A stretch of 64,000 nucleotides of DNA, taken from NCBI GenBank assembly GCA_045613285.1, contig JAZLAQ010000007.1, positions 485 to 64,484 of the forward strand, written 5' to 3'. Positions 1 through 11,887 of this stretch are shown piece by piece. The DNA comes from Alphaproteobacteria bacterium. GTDB taxonomy: Bacteria > Pseudomonadota > Alphaproteobacteria > CAAHEQ01 > UBA3637. The notes beneath the pieces were generated by a model. It was not told where the DNA came from. It was given only the letters and a program-made list of their open reading frames with translations, and made no database searches. Both the position numbers and the translations under genes were made by a program. Every line of letters starts with the position of its first letter. Positions within the stretch are counted from its first letter, which is position 1.

Positions 1-2
1 AG

Positions 3-1223
3 GAAATTTGTTGGGATTGTCCAGAAGGTCGGAAGTGTGAAAATTCGGTTATTGTGAGAGGAACTTGGTTTAATTGGGATCATTGTTCTAAATTCGAAGA
101 TAATGCTTGTCATACCTGTGAAGGTCGGAAGCCTGGCGATATTCCGCTGAACAAGAATCAAAGTTCGTTAGCAGCATGTTGTAAGGCTGTCGGTGCAGAG
201 GTCTGTGGCGATGTGTGTTGTAGACCTGGAGAAGAATGCTTTAACGGTTCCTGCTGTAATCCGGCAACAAACACTTACAGAGATCAATGTGATAATGTCA
301 AAAACGGTTGTAAGAAGGATGAACCGTTATGTCCAAACGGATGTGATGAAAACGGTAAGTGTAATGAGTGTAAAGATGGCAAACCAAAGGAAATCAGATA
401 TTTTGGTGTTTCAGGACAATGTTGTAGCTTTTCTGATTATGCCTTCGTCTGTCCGGAAGATCCGCGTCCAGGCGTAGATCCCGAACTGGCATATAAAGAA
501 TGTGTTGCAAAGGCACCTTTGGGTACATGTTGTCAGCAGGTTGATTTTATTAATAAGGGGAATGAACTCACATGTTGTTCGGATGAAACGTATTTTGGAA
601 AGAATATAGGTACATGCTGTGCAGATAAAACGTATTTTGATATAGGTACTTGCTGTGCAGATGCAACCTATGCTGAATCGAATCAAACAACGTGTTGTCA
701 GCAAGATGAAGAAGGTTATTCTAAATGCATAGGGGATGAGTGTACGGAAGCAGGACAATGTGCCGGTCCAGATACCTATTGTAACTTTGATAAAGATAAA
801 GAAAAAGGTAAATGTGAGCCATTGGTTGATAAAGCGATGAATTGGTATAGTGCAGAGAGCTATTGTAATGCCAAAGGTAAATCGTTAGGATCAAAGGGTA
901 GCTGTTTCTGTTACTTTGAAAAAAGCGCTTTTGATGCCGCAAAAAAACGGACGCTTGCAGCTTATGATGAAAGGTACGATGCAGAGGTTGAACGTTGGAA
1001 CAATGGTGAAAGAGAAAAAGAACCTGTGTATAAGGTAGATCCGAAGTATACAGCACCAACATCGTGTCTTGGTAAATTTGGTTCTGGTGCCAATTATTGG
1101 TTGAGTGGTGAGTGTGATGGCAAATGTACAAATGCTGTTGGAACAGGTGTAGATCCGACATATGGTGGAAAAATTGAAGGTACGACTTGTACGTCCGTCA
1201 AATGGCATCCGTATTGTATGTAA
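3..1223 (+). CDS. Cys-rich surface protein with C-terminal C-type-lectin-like domain (5' partial)
   Basis: The frame is open to the window edge (EICWDCPEGRKCENS...). It has many CC/CxxC motifs and tandem GTCCADxTY repeats. The C-terminal MNWYSAESYC...YWL...PYCM pattern parallels the protein at 36520-37215. Confidence 0.7.
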   Translation, partial: EICWDCPEGRKCENSVIVRGTWFNWDHCSKFEDNACHTCEGRKPGDIPLNKNQSSLAACCKAVGAEVCGDVCCRPGEECFNGSCCNPATNTYRDQCDNVKNGCKKDEPLCPNGCDENGKCNECKDGKPKEIRYFGVSGQCCSFSDYAFVCPEDPRPGVDPELAYKECVAKAPLGTCCQQVDFINKGNELTCCSDETYFGKNIGTCCADKTYFDIGTCCADATYAESNQTTCCQQDEEGYSKCIGDECTEAGQCAGPDTYCNFDKDKEKGKCEPLVDKAMNWYSAESYCNAKGKSLGSKGSCFCYFEKSAFDAAKKRTLAAYDERYDAEVERWNNGEREKEPVYKVDPKYTAPTSCLGKFGSGANYWLSGECDGKCTNAVGTGVDPTYGGKIEGTTCTSVKWHPYCM

Positions 1224-1229
1224 AGGTGT

Positions 1230-1885
1230 GACCTGCGGGGATAAAGTCCTCCGTTGGGCTGGAATATTGCAAGGACTTTATGTGTTTGGTGGACCCTCGG
1301 GTTGCGTTATTGCTTGCCCGAGGATGACATTCCCGCACAGGTGTTAAGAGATTACTTCGTCATTGCGAACGCAGTGAAGCAATCCCCCTTTCTCGTCATT
1401 GCGAGGGCGTTAGCCCGTGGCAATCTTTTGGAAATACGGCGTCAATGTCAAGAGATTACTTCGTCGTTGCACTCCTCGTAATGACAGGAGAGGTCAAGAG
1501 ATTACTTCGTCATTTCGAACTCAGTGAAGCAATCCCCCTTTCTCGTCATTGCGAGGGCGTTAGCCCGTGGCAATCTTTTGGAAATACGGCGTCAATGTCA
1601 AGAGATTACTTCGTCGCATTTCTCCTCGTAATGACAGTTGAATCATCGTCATTGCGAACATAGTGAAGCAATCTGTTGAGAGATTGCCACGGGCTGATGC
1701 CCTCGCAATGACGGGGAATGTCAAGAGATTACTTCGTCGCTTTGCTCCTCGTAATGACAGTTGAATCATCGTCATTGCGAACGCAGTGAAGCAATCTGTT
1801 GAGAGATTGCCACGGGCTGATGCCCTCGCAATGAGGGGGAATGTTAAGAGATTACTTCGTCGCTTTGCTCCTCGTAATGACAGGA
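1230..1885. repeat. Cluster of CGTC-type REP/RPE-like palindromic repeats
   Basis: Alternating CGTCATTGCGA...GCAATC and GAGATT(A/G)C...CG(T/C)AATGAC units are arranged in ~120-150 bp higher-order repeats. The same family occurs at 63592-64000. Confidence 0.85.
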
Positions 1886-1979
1886 GAGGTTTAAAGTGGG
1901 AATTAAATTTTAAAATCCTATCTGTCGTATGCCAGTTGTGGTTTAGAATACAATAATGATTTTAGGATAATGTTATGTT

Positions 1980-2008
1980 AAAAACCACCGAAAAGGTCGG
2001 TGGTTTTT
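1980..2008. terminator. Bidirectional intrinsic terminator downstream of rne
   Basis: AAAAACCACCGA-AAAGG-TCGGTGGTTTTT hairpin with A/T tails. Confidence 0.8.
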
Positions 2009-2033
2009 GATAAGGTATCCTCGAAAAATAATA

Positions 2034-4184
2034 TCAACCCATCAGGCGATTCCACCAACCACCCCGTTTTTCCGGTTTTGTTTCTTTTTCAATAATGGCC
2101 GGTACAGGATTTTCTTCAATCTTAGCCGGTACTTTATCGGTATGAACAGCCGGCAAATTTTCGGTCGGTTGGGATGTTTTCCCCCGTCCTTGTTTTTTTC
2201 TTTTACGATCCCGGTATTTACTCTTGCCGTTTTTTTTGTTTGTTTCTGTTTGTTCAGTTTCAGTCAAGGATGCTTGTTCCACAATCGTGAAGTTTTCCGG
2301 TGTGGATTCGGGTTTCACTTCATCCTTGCTCTTGTTTTTATCGGCTTCGTGCTGATCATTTAATGCAGCCTGTTCCGCAGCCAATTGCTTTTGTTTCCGT
2401 TTCCAATCCTTTTTATGATGATGACGGTTATGTTCCCGATTGGTCGTTGTTTCACTTTCGGTAGATTCTTCACGTGTCGCCTTGATAATCGCATCAATGG
2501 ATTGAGCTTTATCACTGTTTTTATCAGGGCGGAATGTGGCCGGCGGTACTTGAATCGGTGTTCTGTCCCCATTGTCACGCAAACGTTCCAGTTTGAAACC
2601 GGATGCTTTTAATAAAGTGCTATCGGATTGAACCTGTAAGCGAACTTGATATCTATCCTCAATAGAGTTTAATGTTGACCGTTTAATGTTTAAAACATAT
2701 TCAGCAACAGTCAACGGTAAAGACATTACCAAAGTTGTCTTGGTATTGCGGGCAGCGGCTTCTTCCAATATATGTAAAGCATGCATAGCACTTGATTCAA
2801 CAGAACGAACCATGCCTTTTCCCCCACAGTGTGGGCATACCCGATAACTGCTTTCCAAGAAACTGGAATGCAATCTTTGACGTGACATTTCCATTAAACC
2901 AAACCCTGAGATTTTGCCGATTTGAATACGGGCCCGATCTTTCTTTAAAGCTTCTTTTAACCGGCGTTCAACAGCTGCATTATTGCGGGCTTCATCCATA
3001 TCAATAAAGTCAATCACAATTAAACCTGCCATGTCACGTAACCGCAATTGGCGAGCCAGTTCATCACAGGTTTCCAAATTTGTCCGTAAGGCGGTTTCTT
3101 CTATATTATGTTCCCGTGTAGCACGTCCCGAATTGACATCAACGGCAACTAAGGCTTCGGTTTGGTCAATTACTAAATAACCACCGGAACGTAACTGAAC
3201 AACATTGCTGTGAATGGATTCTAACTGTGTTTCAACCTGATATTCCTGAAATAACGGTAAGTGGCCCTTGTACAGCTTTATTTTTTTTACTTGAGATGGC
3301 ATTAAAATTTTCATAAAAGTTTTAGCACTTTTGAAAATATTTTCGCCGGCAACAATGATTTCATCCGTGTCAGGTGTAAAAACATCCCGCAAAGATCTTT
3401 TGACAATGTCACCTTCCCGATGTATTAGCTTTGGGGCAATGGATGCCAGTGTATCTTTACGAATTTGCATCCATGTTTTCATCAAATAGTCATAATCCCG
3501 TTTGATTTCAGATTTTGTCTTGCCTTGCCCTGCGGTGCGGATAATGACACTCATCCCATCAGGTATTGGCAGTTTGTCAACAATAGCCCTTAATGTTTTG
3601 CGTTCTTTGGCGTTGCTGATTTTTCGGGATACACCACCCCCCTTTGCATTATTGGGCATTAAAACGCTGTATCGGCCGGCCAAAGATAAATAGGTTGTCA
3701 GTGCTGCCCCTTTATTGCCACGTTCTTCTTTGACAACTTGAACCAACATAACCTGACCCTGACGGATCACTTCCTGAATCTTGTATCGGCGGTAAAAGTG
3801 TGAACGTGGACGGATAATTTCTTCTGTCTCAATGTCGTTTGTTTGTTCCGTATCTTCGTTTTCTTCTGTTTCCCGTTCATCTTTTTCCGCGATGGCTTCG
3901 GCTTTGATTTGTGCTTTTATGGCTTCACGATCAGCAACAGGAATCTGATAGTAATCCGGCTGAATTTCACCAAAAGCCAAAAAACCATGACGATTTCCGC
4001 CGTATTCAACAAAGGCGGCTTGTAAAGATGGTTCGACCCGAACAATTTTTGCTAAATAAATATTCCCTTTAATTTGTTTTTTTGTAGACGTGTCAACATC
4101 GAATTCTTCTAATCTCCCGTCTTCCAATACCACGACACGAGTTTCTTCGGAATGTGTCGCATCAATAAGCATTTGTTTTGACAT
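2034..4184 (-). CDS. rne: Ribonuclease E (Rne/Rng family)
   Basis: MLIDATHSEETRV, GNIYLAKIVRVEPSLQAAFV, DVNSG and IVIDFIDM motifs; C-terminal GGWWNR typical of alphaproteobacterial RNase E. Confidence 0.95.
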   Translation of the reverse strand: MSKQMLIDATHSEETRVVVLEDGRLEEFDVDTSTKKQIKGNIYLAKIVRVEPSLQAAFVEYGGNRHGFLAFGEIQPDYYQIPVADREAIKAQIKAEAIAEKDERETEENEDTEQTNDIETEEIIRPRSHFYRRYKIQEVIRQGQVMLVQVVKEERGNKGAALTTYLSLAGRYSVLMPNNAKGGGVSRKISNAKERKTLRAIVDKLPIPDGMSVIIRTAGQGKTKSEIKRDYDYLMKTWMQIRKDTLASIAPKLIHREGDIVKRSLRDVFTPDTDEIIVAGENIFKSAKTFMKILMPSQVKKIKLYKGHLPLFQEYQVETQLESIHSNVVQLRSGGYLVIDQTEALVAVDVNSGRATREHNIEETALRTNLETCDELARQLRLRDMAGLIVIDFIDMDEARNNAAVERRLKEALKKDRARIQIGKISGFGLMEMSRQRLHSSFLESSYRVCPHCGGKGMVRSVESSAMHALHILEEAAARNTKTTLVMSLPLTVAEYVLNIKRSTLNSIEDRYQVRLQVQSDSTLLKASGFKLERLRDNGDRTPIQVPPATFRPDKNSDKAQSIDAIIKATREESTESETTTNREHNRHHHKKDWKRKQKQLAAEQAALNDQHEADKNKSKDEVKPESTPENFTIVEQASLTETEQTETNKKNGKSKYRDRKRKKQGRGKTSQPTENLPAVHTDKVPAKIEENPVPAIIEKETKPEKRGGWWNRLMG

Positions 4185-4418
4185 TTATGTAATTCCTTTA
4201 ATTCTGATTTAATATTCACAGGGAAGTTGTCTCCCTGACAGCTCGATAAAAACAGAGAGACACCTTTGAAAAGAGGTATGTAAGTGAAAAAGTCTGACAT
4301 TTTAAATTCTCCGTTTTTAAAAAAATATTTGGGCAACCGCTTTTTTTGGTTGCATTTTGTATTATATCGTTATATGAATAAATAAGCAAGTTTTTTTTAA
4401 TCGACAGGTAACTTTTTT

Positions 4419-5552
4419 ATGAAATGTTTAAAGATTTTACTTTTTATACTGATGACGTGGTCATTTAGTCTGTTTGGAAATGCCGCTGAAATTAAAGATA
4501 TACGGTTGGCTGCCAATGCAGAAAATACTGTTCGATTTGTGGCAGAATTATCAAAAGAAGTTTCACCTGTTGTATCACATCTGAAAAATCCGACGCGACT
4601 GGTTATTGATTTTCCTAAAATCGATTTTTCGACTACTTTAAAAAAACCGACACCGGTATCGTTTGTGAATGCTGTTCGGACAGGAGTTCCTGAAAAAGGG
4701 GTATCCAGAATTGTGTTGGAATTACCGTCAAATGAAGTGTCTGAGAATCATTTTATCTTGAAACCACAAAGCGGTAAAGAGTGGCGGTTCGTGTTGGATT
4801 TATCCTTAAAAGGTAAGGCAAAAGTCTCTGTTGATAAAAAAACAGAAAGTGTGTCTCCCGTAAAAAAAATGCAAAAAGTTATTGTTTTGGATCCTGGTCA
4901 TGGGGGACAGGATCCTGGGGCTATTTCCAATTCCGGTTATTATGAAAAAGACATAGTTTTGAAAATGGCAAAAGAAACAAAAAAATTATTGGAACAAGAA
5001 GGTTATAAAGTCATTTTAACCCGTGATAAAGATGTTTTTATCCCCTTGCGGGGACGGATTAAAAAAGCCCATCAGTCCAAAGCAGATTTGTTTATTTCAA
5101 TTCATGCGGATAGTGCGAAAAATAAGTCAGCAAGAGGGTTGTCTGTTTACACTATTTCAGAGCGGGCTTCGGACGCAGAGGCTGCCGCTTTGGCTGAACG
5201 AGAAAATCGGGCAGATATCAGTACGGCTATTGATTTGTCCGATATAGATCCCAGTGCCGGAAACGTATTGTTGGATCTGGAAAAAACGGATACGATGAAT
5301 AAATCTTCCATCTATGCGGAAATCGTTGTAGATGAAATGAAAAAGAAAGTCCAGTTGGTTCCAAAGGCACACCGATTTGCTGGTTTTGTTGTGTTAAAAT
5401 CTCCCAGTATCCCTTCTGTTCTGTTGGAATTGGGCTACTTGTCTAATAAAACGGAAGATAAAAATCTGCAGAAAGAATCTTATCGGAAATCTTTGGCTGA
5501 ATCATTGGTAAAAGCGGTTAAAGTTTATTTTACCAAACATGATGATGAATAA
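4419..5552 (+). CDS. amiC: N-acetylmuramoyl-L-alanine amidase (AMIN + Amidase_3)
   Basis: Signal peptide, AMIN-like PTRLVIDF, VLDPGHGGQDPGA, FISIHAD, LELGYLSN; divergent from rne. Confidence 0.92.
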   Translation: MKCLKILLFILMTWSFSLFGNAAEIKDIRLAANAENTVRFVAELSKEVSPVVSHLKNPTRLVIDFPKIDFSTTLKKPTPVSFVNAVRTGVPEKGVSRIVLELPSNEVSENHFILKPQSGKEWRFVLDLSLKGKAKVSVDKKTESVSPVKKMQKVIVLDPGHGGQDPGAISNSGYYEKDIVLKMAKETKKLLEQEGYKVILTRDKDVFIPLRGRIKKAHQSKADLFISIHADSAKNKSARGLSVYTISERASDAEAAALAERENRADISTAIDLSDIDPSAGNVLLDLEKTDTMNKSSIYAEIVVDEMKKKVQLVPKAHRFAGFVVLKSPSIPSVLLELGYLSNKTEDKNLQKESYRKSLAESLVKAVKVYFTKHDDE

Positions 5553-5553
5553 A

Positions 5554-6366
5554 CTATCGGGATTTTTTATCAAACAAATTGAAGTTTAAAAAACCTTTTG
5601 GTGTTAGGGATTGAATGGTTTTTTCATTCTTTTCATTACGCCATGAAACCGGTTTGTCCCCATAGGCTTCGTAAATATCACTTTGGTAGACATCCAGAGG
5701 TGTTTTTCCTTGATTTTTAATCGAAACGTCTGCCCCTTTTTGTATCAGCAGTTTTATCATTTCCGAATCACGGATTTTAGCCATGGCATGTAAAGGTGTT
5801 TCCCGCTCACCGGATATGATAGAAATATTCGGATTAGCGCCGGCATTGAGTAGTTTTTGAATTTGTTTTTTTTGAATATCAGTAGCGTATCCGTTCCTTT
5901 TTAAAAGTGTGTAATTGTTGATAGCTTGTGCCAGTGGAGAACGTGTATTGTCTTCATCTGCATTGCCGGTCTGATAAAATCCGATGTTTGGATCAACACC
6001 GGATGTCAGGCATTTATCCAAAAGTTCCATATCGTTGTTCATAATCGCTATTTTTAATGGGGAAGGCCCTGGTAAAGGATTTGACATATAGATATGATTT
6101 TTGAAATCGGGATTTTTTAGGGCTGTATCTAAATCAACATCTTGTCGTAGAACGCGTCCACCAGATAGAGGTTTGCGAATTTGCCATTTAAGTTTATCTT
6201 GGACATTTGTTTTTTCCTGAGTCATTGATTCCAAAACAGTTTGGGAAGTATTTTCTTGTATTTGGGGTATTGGTTCAGGTTCTGATTGTACTGCTTGTGT
6301 TTGGGCTAATGTGGTACCAGTAATAACAGCGGAAGCTATGGAAGCCAGGTATGTTTTAACAGACAT
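5554..6366 (-). CDS. Ankyrin-repeat protein, possibly exported
   Basis: SPLKIAI, SPLAQAI, TPLHAMA...LLIQKGADV...GKTPLD ankyrin motifs; N-terminal signal-like segment. Confidence 0.8.
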   Translation of the reverse strand: MSVKTYLASIASAVITGTTLAQTQAVQSEPEPIPQIQENTSQTVLESMTQEKTNVQDKLKWQIRKPLSGGRVLRQDVDLDTALKNPDFKNHIYMSNPLPGPSPLKIAIMNNDMELLDKCLTSGVDPNIGFYQTGNADEDNTRSPLAQAINNYTLLKRNGYATDIQKKQIQKLLNAGANPNISIISGERETPLHAMAKIRDSEMIKLLIQKGADVSIKNQGKTPLDVYQSDIYEAYGDKPVSWRNEKNEKTIQSLTPKGFLNFNLFDKKSR

Positions 6367-6460
6367 TAGATAATCCCTCCTATATTAGGTACAGTATAAC
6401 ACAATTTTAAAAAAATAGCAAATTTTATTGAAAACAGAAGCCTGATGTCAGATTTTGAAT

Positions 6461-8090
<1,630 letters not shown>

Positions 8091-8139
8091 TTATAAATAT
8101 ACAATAAAAAAATTATATCAGAAAAAGGATAAAATTTCA

Positions 8140-8880
8140 ATGGTAAATGAAAAAGAAAAAAAAGGAAATTGGTTTTCGGAATTAAAAGGGATACTCTGGG
8201 CTGTTCTAATTGCCTTATTTTTGCGGTCAGTGGCATTTGAACCGTATAATATTCCGTCAAGTTCTATGGTGCCGACTTTGTTGGTTGGTGATTATTTGGT
8301 TGTAACAAAATATGATTATGGGTATTCCAAACACTCTTTCCCATTTTCTTTGCCGATTATTCCGAAAGGGCGTATCTTTTCAAATGAACCAAAACAGGGG
8401 GATGTGGTTGTTTTTAAGGTGCCGACAAACAATAGTGTTGATTATATTAAGCGGGTTATCGGATTGCCAGGGGATAAAGTGCAAATGATAAACGGTCGCT
8501 TGTTTATCAATGATAAAGTGGTTGAACGGAAAAAAATAGGTGAAGAAGATTGGACAATTGAAGACGAAGGACTGGTTCATTATACAAAATATCTGGAAAT
8601 ATTGCCGAATGGAACAGAACATTTGATTTATGAACAATCAGATACAAAAATACAGGATAATACGGAAGCGTTTTTTGTACCAGAGGGACATTATTTCATG
8701 TTGGGGGATAATCGGGATAATTCCAAGGATAGTCGCTGGTTCCGTTTTGTTCCTTTCCAAAATTTAATTGGAAAAGCTCGATTTATCTTTTATTCCAATA
8801 ACGGGAAAGGGGATGTCTGGCAATTTTGGAAGTGGAAAGAGTCTCTGCGATTGGACCGTTTCTTTGAAGGGATTATATAA
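8140..8880 (+). CDS. lepB: Signal peptidase I
   Basis: IPSSSMVPTL, YIKRVIGLPGD, GDNRDNSKDSR; start placed at MVNEKE after an AAGGA RBS. Confidence 0.95.
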   Translation: MVNEKEKKGNWFSELKGILWAVLIALFLRSVAFEPYNIPSSSMVPTLLVGDYLVVTKYDYGYSKHSFPFSLPIIPKGRIFSNEPKQGDVVVFKVPTNNSVDYIKRVIGLPGDKVQMINGRLFINDKVVERKKIGEEDWTIEDEGLVHYTKYLEILPNGTEHLIYEQSDTKIQDNTEAFFVPEGHYFMLGDNRDNSKDSRWFRFVPFQNLIGKARFIFYSNNGKGDVWQFWKWKESLRLDRFFEGII

Positions 8881-9518
8881 TGACAGATATTCAAAACTTA
8901 TTTCAGAATAAACAATTATTGAATCAGGCATTGCAATTGTCCCGTAACGGAAAACGGGCCGGTTATGAACGATTGGAATTTTTGGGTGATCGGGTTATTG
9001 GTCTGGTAGTGTCGGAAATGTTATATCGCATTTTCCCAAAAGAACAAGAAGGAGCTTTAGCAAAACGTTTTGTTGCTCTGGTTCGGGAAGAAACTTTAGC
9101 TGATGTAGCACGACAAATCGGATTGGATGTGTTGATGAATACAAATGAAGATGAGTTAAGACATAACAATTCTGTTTTGTCGGATTTATGCGAATCGGTT
9201 ATGGCTGCACTTTATTTGGATAAGGGGTTGGATATCGTTAAAGAATTTATGGAGCCAATCTGGATGCCTTTGATACGCGCGGATATTAAAATACCGCAGG
9301 ATTCAAAATCAACTTTGCAGGAATGGGCACAAAAAAAACACAAACAATTACCGGTCTATCAGTTATTGGAACGGTCCGGTCCAGATCATCAGCCCGTGTT
9401 TACTGTTTCCGTAACTGTCGGTAAAAAAACGGTTGTCGGAACGGGAAATAATAAAAAATTGGCAGAACAGGCGGCAGCCGAAACTTTTTTGAAGGAATAC
9501 AAAAATGGATATAAATAA
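8880..9518 (+). CDS. rnc: Ribonuclease III
   Basis: ERLEFLGD signature, C-terminal dsRBD, lepB-rnc-era synteny. Confidence 0.93.
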   Translation: MTDIQNLFQNKQLLNQALQLSRNGKRAGYERLEFLGDRVIGLVVSEMLYRIFPKEQEGALAKRFVALVREETLADVARQIGLDVLMNTNEDELRHNNSVLSDLCESVMAALYLDKGLDIVKEFMEPIWMPLIRADIKIPQDSKSTLQEWAQKKHKQLPVYQLLERSGPDHQPVFTVSVTVGKKTVVGTGNNKKLAEQAAAETFLKEYKNGYK

Positions 9519-10404
9519 ACAACATTTTGCTTTTGTAGCTGTTCTGGGCGCACCAAATGCTGGTAAGTCAACGCTTGTTAATCGGTTGGTTGGGGCAAAA
9601 GTGTCTATTGTTTCGCCTAAGGTTCAGACAACTCGATCCCGTATTCGGGGGATTTTGGTCGATGAACAAACGCAACTGATTTTAGTTGATACGCCGGGGA
9701 TTTTTAAACCCAGTCGACGTTTGGATAGGGCTATGGTAGCTTCAGCATGGACGGAAGCAGAAGATTCGGATATTCGAATGTTATTGCTTGATGTTAGTAA
9801 AGGTATAGATAAAAATACAAAAAATATCATTCAAAATTTGGTAAAAAATAAACAAAAATGTATTCTGGTTTTGAATAAAATAGATTTGGTTGCCAAAGAT
9901 AAATTATTACCTTTGATTGCAGAATTAAATCAATATCCGATTTTTACGGAAACTTTTATGGTGTCGGCCGAAACAGGGGAAAATACGGAAGAATTGAAAA
10001 ATTATTTAGTGTCATTGGCTCCAAAAGGTATGTGGATGTTTCCGGACGATCAGTTGTCTGATTTACCTAATCGTTTGTTTGCTGCAGAAATTACACGAGA
10101 AAAATTGTTTATGCATTTACAACAGGAGTTACCGTATACTTTAGCTGTGGAAACGAATTCTTTTCAGGAGCAAAAAAACGGTATTCGAATTGAACAAACA
10201 ATCTATGTGGAACGTACCGGACAAAAATCAATTATATTAGGAAAAAGCGGTTCAATGATTAAAAAAATCGGATTAGCTGCACGAATGGAATTAGAACGGC
10301 TATTCGAACAAAAAATACATTTATTCCTGTTTGTTAAAGTTAAGGAGAACTGGCAGGAAGATCCCAGTCAGTATTCGGATTGGGGGTTGGATTTTAATGC
10401 CTGA
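9505..10404 (+). CDS. era: GTPase Era
   Basis: GAPNAGKS, QTTR, DTPG and NKID motifs, followed by a KH domain. Confidence 0.96.
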   Translation: MDINKQHFAFVAVLGAPNAGKSTLVNRLVGAKVSIVSPKVQTTRSRIRGILVDEQTQLILVDTPGIFKPSRRLDRAMVASAWTEAEDSDIRMLLLDVSKGIDKNTKNIIQNLVKNKQKCILVLNKIDLVAKDKLLPLIAELNQYPIFTETFMVSAETGENTEELKNYLVSLAPKGMWMFPDDQLSDLPNRLFAAEITREKLFMHLQQELPYTLAVETNSFQEQKNGIRIEQTIYVERTGQKSIILGKSGSMIKKIGLAARMELERLFEQKIHLFLFVKVKENWQEDPSQYSDWGLDFNA

Positions 10405-11080
10405 GTTTACCGAAGAAAAAGGATTAGTTCTGTCGTCTAAACGATTGGGGGAGCGATCTTGTATTTTATCGGTACTGACGGAAAAAAACGGTCGGTATTT
10501 AGGAGTCTATCAGAAACAAAAACCTCCTGAAATCGGAACACTGGTTTCTGTCCGTTGGCGGGCCAGATTGGCAGAACAAATGGGAACTTTCTATCTGGAA
10601 GAAGTTACATCTTTTAGTATTCCTTTTTTAGATGATAAAAAAAGACTGGCTTGTTTGTTATCAATCTGTCTATTATTGCACGAGTTATTACCTGAACGAC
10701 AAATTTTTTCGGATTTATATCATTCCGTTTTGGATTTTTTGAATGATTTGTCAAAGACGGATTTTTTAAAAAAATATGTTCTGTTGGAAAAAGAATTATT
10801 AGGTGAAATCGGTTTTGGTTTGGATACCTCTTGTTGTGCCGGCGGAGGGAATTCTGATGATTTGTTTTATGTATCTCCTAAAACAGGCCGGGCCGTTAGT
10901 AGGGAAAAAGGAAGACCATATCATGATAAGTTATTATTGCTACCCCGTTTTTTATGGTGTAATTCAGAAGCAACAGATATGGATATTCAATTAGGATTAA
11001 AGTTGACAGGATATTTTTTGCAAACTTTTGCCTTAAAAAAAATGCTTCCGAAAATTCGGGAGCAATTAATGGTCCTTTAA
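10397..11080 (+). CDS. recO: DNA repair protein RecO
   Basis: WRARLAEQMG, GFGLD..C, YVSPKTGRAVS; follows era. Confidence 0.9.
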   Translation: MPEFTEEKGLVLSSKRLGERSCILSVLTEKNGRYLGVYQKQKPPEIGTLVSVRWRARLAEQMGTFYLEEVTSFSIPFLDDKKRLACLLSICLLLHELLPERQIFSDLYHSVLDFLNDLSKTDFLKKYVLLEKELLGEIGFGLDTSCCAGGGNSDDLFYVSPKTGRAVSREKGRPYHDKLLLLPRFLWCNSEATDMDIQLGLKLTGYFLQTFALKKMLPKIREQLMVL

Positions 11081-11280
11081 TGGGTGTATATGAGACTAAA
11101 TATTTTATTTTCATATAGTTGTATTTTATTGATGGTTTATTTTATTAGCTCTGTCCGAATGATTTTATCAAATTAATTTTTTGTAATTTCATTTAATTTT
11201 AAAATAGAATTATTGGAAACGGTTCGATAAATTTGTAACTTTTTATTGAAAAAAAACGTGGCTTATGATATAATCTGCTT

Positions 11281-11814
11281 ATGGAAAAAGAAAAATTACT
11301 ATTGTTGTCTTGTTGTGCCCCTTGTTCGGTTGGTGTTATTCAGGATTTACATCAAAGCGGTATGGATTTTTCGGTTTTGTTTTATAATCCTAATATTCAA
11401 CCTTTTTCGGAATATCAAAAACGGTGTGAAGAAAATAGAAAAGTATGTTTAGAGCTGGGAGTTCCTTTTATTGAATTACCCTATGATAATGAAATATGGC
11501 AACGGGAAACAGCTGGTCTTGAAAATGAACCAGAACGGGGAAAACGGTGTGATAGATGCTTCTTTTTAAGGTTGAAAAAAACAGCCCAATATGCAAAAAA
11601 ACACGGATTTACTCGATTTTCTTCCGTTTTGGGAATTTCCAGATACAAAGATTTTGAACAGGTTTGTCGGGCAGGACAATTGGCAGGTCAGACGGAAAAT
11701 ATAATCTATGATGATACAAACTGGCGAAAAAACGGTGGGGAAGAAAAAGCTAACCGCTTGGCCAAAGAAAAGAATCTTTATCGGCAAAATTATTGTGGTT
11801 GTCGCCCCAGATAA
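11281..11814 (+). CDS. queH: Epoxyqueuosine reductase QueH (DUF208)
   Basis: CCAPCS, FYNPNIQP, EPERGKRCDRC, YRQNYCGC. Confidence 0.92.
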   Translation: MEKEKLLLLSCCAPCSVGVIQDLHQSGMDFSVLFYNPNIQPFSEYQKRCEENRKVCLELGVPFIELPYDNEIWQRETAGLENEPERGKRCDRCFFLRLKKTAQYAKKHGFTRFSSVLGISRYKDFEQVCRAGQLAGQTENIIYDDTNWRKNGGEEKANRLAKEKNLYRQNYCGCRPR

Positions 11815-11887
11815 AACCTGCTTTGGTTGATTTTTTCTTGCCTTTGACAGACATGTGCCTATCTTTTTAGATAAGAGGAGGTGTCTG

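Noticed and set aside
1162-1775. Short ORFs (RHCE/VIAR-type peptides) over the left repeat cluster
   Set aside because: They are translations of the palindromic repeats, with no RBS or independent coding signal.
4397-4412. TTAA-N7-GTAAC, a CtrA-like box upstream of amiC
   Set aside because: It has one mismatch in very AT-rich DNA and cannot be distinguished from chance.
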